Shown here piece after piece: positions 5,441-6,579 of a stretch of DNA of 6,579 nucleotides (position 1 is its first letter; the number at the start of each line of letters is the position of its first letter). The translations under genes were made by a program, and so were the position numbers. Origin of the DNA: a virus (Duplodnaviria > Heunggongvirae > Uroviricota > Caudoviricetes); IMG/VR virus record IMGVR_UViG_2541047595_000016. One strand, 5' to 3'. The notes under the pieces are model-generated. The model saw nothing but the letters and a program-made list of their open reading frames with translations, searched no databases and was not told the DNA's origin.

Positions 5441-5470
5441 AAAACCCTCTGTTACTACAGAGGGTTTTTT
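5441..5470. terminator. Bidirectional Rho-independent terminator between the convergent lysis operon/guaA remnant and the minus-strand host genes
   Basis: AAAA-ACCCTCTGT-tact-ACAGAGGGT-TTTTTT: stem 5443-5452 pairs with 5457-5466 (GC-rich core of 7 bp), 4-nt loop, T-tract 5465-5470 on plus strand; a weaker T-rich run follows on the minus strand. Confidence 0.75.
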
Positions 5471-5508
5471 ATCTTCAAGAATTATAGGATTGAAGTTACT
5501 AACATCGA

Positions 5509-6048
5509 TTAATTAAACCAGCTGTCCGATTTGTTCTCTTCTGCTTTGCCCACGCTTTTCATCAGATCGCGACCGCCTTCAGTCATATTTCTGTTGGCGT
5601 CAGCTTCAGATTGCACCACATCGGTTTGCGCAGCTTTGTGCTTCAGTTCCTGATCGATAAATTCGTTTTCTCGCTTAACGCGGGCTTCTTCTTTCGCCAG
5701 CGCCAGTTTTTGTTTCTGAATCTCTAAGCTGCGTAGCTCATCTTCATAACTTTGATCGCGTTTTTTGTCCGCAGAGGCTTCGGCGTCCAGTTTATCCTGA
5801 CGAGCTTTCTTATTTGCCGCTGCCGTTGCCGCTCTTTTGTTAGCGGCGGCCTGGGCATTTGCGCGACGTTGCTTCTCTTGCTGGATTTCCCTGTTGCGCT
5901 CCGCGACCCATTCGTCATGCTGCCTTTGCTCTTCATTTTTACCTTGCTGTTCCGCTTCTGCGACAGCAGAGAGTTGATCCTGCAATGATGAGGCGATAGC
6001 CGGATAGCTTAAGGAGGCTAAGATGGCGCAAAGAAAAACTTTCTTCAT
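5509..6048 (-). CDS. yfgI: Secreted (Sec signal peptide) Lys/Arg/Glu/Gln-rich coiled-coil periplasmic protein, 179 aa; host gene, tentatively YfgI
   Basis: ATG 6048-6046 with AGGAGGAG Shine-Dalgarno. Signal peptide MKKVFLCAILASLSYPAIA then an A-x-A cleavage site. The mature protein is highly charged and low-complexity (QRRANAQAAANKRAATAAANKKARQDK...). The name rests on my memory that E. coli yfgI encodes a 179-aa protein and lies beside guaA with yfgH; the sequence itself was not verified. Confidence 0.55.
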   Translation of the reverse strand: MKKVFLCAILASLSYPAIASSLQDQLSAVAEAEQQGKNEEQRQHDEWVAERNREIQQEKQRRANAQAAANKRAATAAANKKARQDKLDAEASADKKRDQSYEDELRSLEIQKQKLALAKEEARVKRENEFIDQELKHKAAQTDVVQSEADANRNMTEGGRDLMKSVGKAEENKSDSWFN

Positions 6049-6063
6049 GACTCCTCCTGATTA

Positions 6064-6579
6064 TTAGCTCTTTTCAGGACATTTGGTATTTGGCTGAATA
6101 CGCGTTTCGTTATACGTCGTGGTAATAACAACGGCTAAACCTGTCGTAAACTGGCACTCTTTACCCACCTGGGTAGAGGTATACACTTTGGTGCCTTCCT
6201 TATAGGTTAAAGAAACACCTTCCACTAAGGTTTTATCATTCACCATAGAACCCGCTGCCGCGCCTACAGCTCCGCCGCCAACTGCACCTGCCGTCGTTCC
6301 GGAATTGCTGCCAGACCCGACGTTGTGGCCGATAACACCGCCAGCGACTGCGCCAATAAGCGCGCCGAAGGCTTGTGCGTTCCGTTTATTTTGGGAGTTG
6401 TCTACGGCAACTTTTGCGGGAAGAATGGAAATAATATTAACGGTTTTAGTTTCTTGTTTGGTATTCAGTTGATCGGTTTGATAAACATCGGCAGCATGAT
6501 CGTCAGCATTTGACTGGCATCCTGCCAGAGTGAATGACGCTAACATTGCCACAGGCAGAAGACATTTTTTAAATTTCAT
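6064..6579 (-). CDS. yfgH: Glycine-zipper outer-membrane lipoprotein (SlyB/Pcp-like), 171 aa as read; host gene, tentatively YfgH
   Basis: ATG at 6579-6577, exactly at the window edge (RBS not visible; the true start could be one or more codons further upstream). Signal peptide with lipobox LAGC and Gln at +2. Gly/Ala-rich glycine-zipper segment (FGALIGAVAGGVIGHNVGSG...AGAVGGGAVGAAAGS). Lies 15 bp upstream of the 5509-6048 gene, so probably an operon. The name is from memory of the K-12 yfgH-yfgI-guaA neighbourhood; unverified. Confidence 0.5.
   Translation of the reverse strand: MKFKKCLLPVAMLASFTLAGCQSNADDHAADVYQTDQLNTKQETKTVNIISILPAKVAVDNSQNKRNAQAFGALIGAVAGGVIGHNVGSGSNSGTTAGAVGGGAVGAAAGSMVNDKTLVEGVSLTYKEGTKVYTSTQVGKECQFTTGLAVVITTTYNETRIQPNTKCPEKS

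Noticed and set aside
5724-5988. ORFs 5724-5936 (-) and 5752-5988 (+) inside the yfgI-like gene
   Set aside because: Alternative-frame and antisense artefacts within a gene that has a clear signal peptide and RBS.
6325-6513. 62-aa plus-strand ORF inside the lipoprotein gene
   Set aside because: Antisense to a well-supported lipoprotein ORF; shadow ORF.
1-6579. CRISPR arrays, tRNA/tmRNA or rRNA genes
   Set aside because: No arrays of regularly spaced direct repeats and no cloverleaf-like tRNA candidate near the junction were seen. Integration appears to be into a protein-coding 3' end (guaA), not a tRNA.

Overview
This window reads as the right-hand end of a degraded temperate-phage (prophage) element and its junction with host DNA. 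All homology statements are from reading the translations by eye; no search was run. Left to right: (1) 1-90, the left end of an IS3-family insertion sequence (IS629/IS1203-like; inverted repeat plus first 12 codons of OrfA on the minus strand) running off the window edge; (2) 91-189, the first 33 codons of a Bro-N-type antirepressor gene cut off by that IS; (3) 190-504, a structured non-coding stretch with an intrinsic terminator; (4) 505-762/777, a small minus-strand gene sitting directly behind a near-consensus LexA (SOS) box at 785-800; (5) 959-3421, an 820-aa tailspike/tail-fibre with an N-terminal anchor domain, a central beta-helix and a C-terminal self-cleaving chaperone domain; (6) 3494-5291, a translationally coupled lysis cassette: two small multi-pass membrane proteins (holin candidates), a GH19 endolysin, and an Rz-type i-spanin with an embedded Rz1 lipoprotein o-spanin; (7) about 5400, the probable phage-host junction (attR), where the plus strand reads IEWE-stop, the C-terminus of GMP synthase GuaA, without the rest of the gene; (8) 5441-5470, a strong bidirectional intrinsic terminator; (9) two convergent host-like envelope genes on the minus strand, which I tentatively recognise as yfgI and yfgH. 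I see nothing that demands a wholly new system. The items most worth follow-up are the SOS-controlled small gene beside the IS-disrupted antirepressor, the junction at guaA, and the identity of the two membrane proteins in the lysis cassette.
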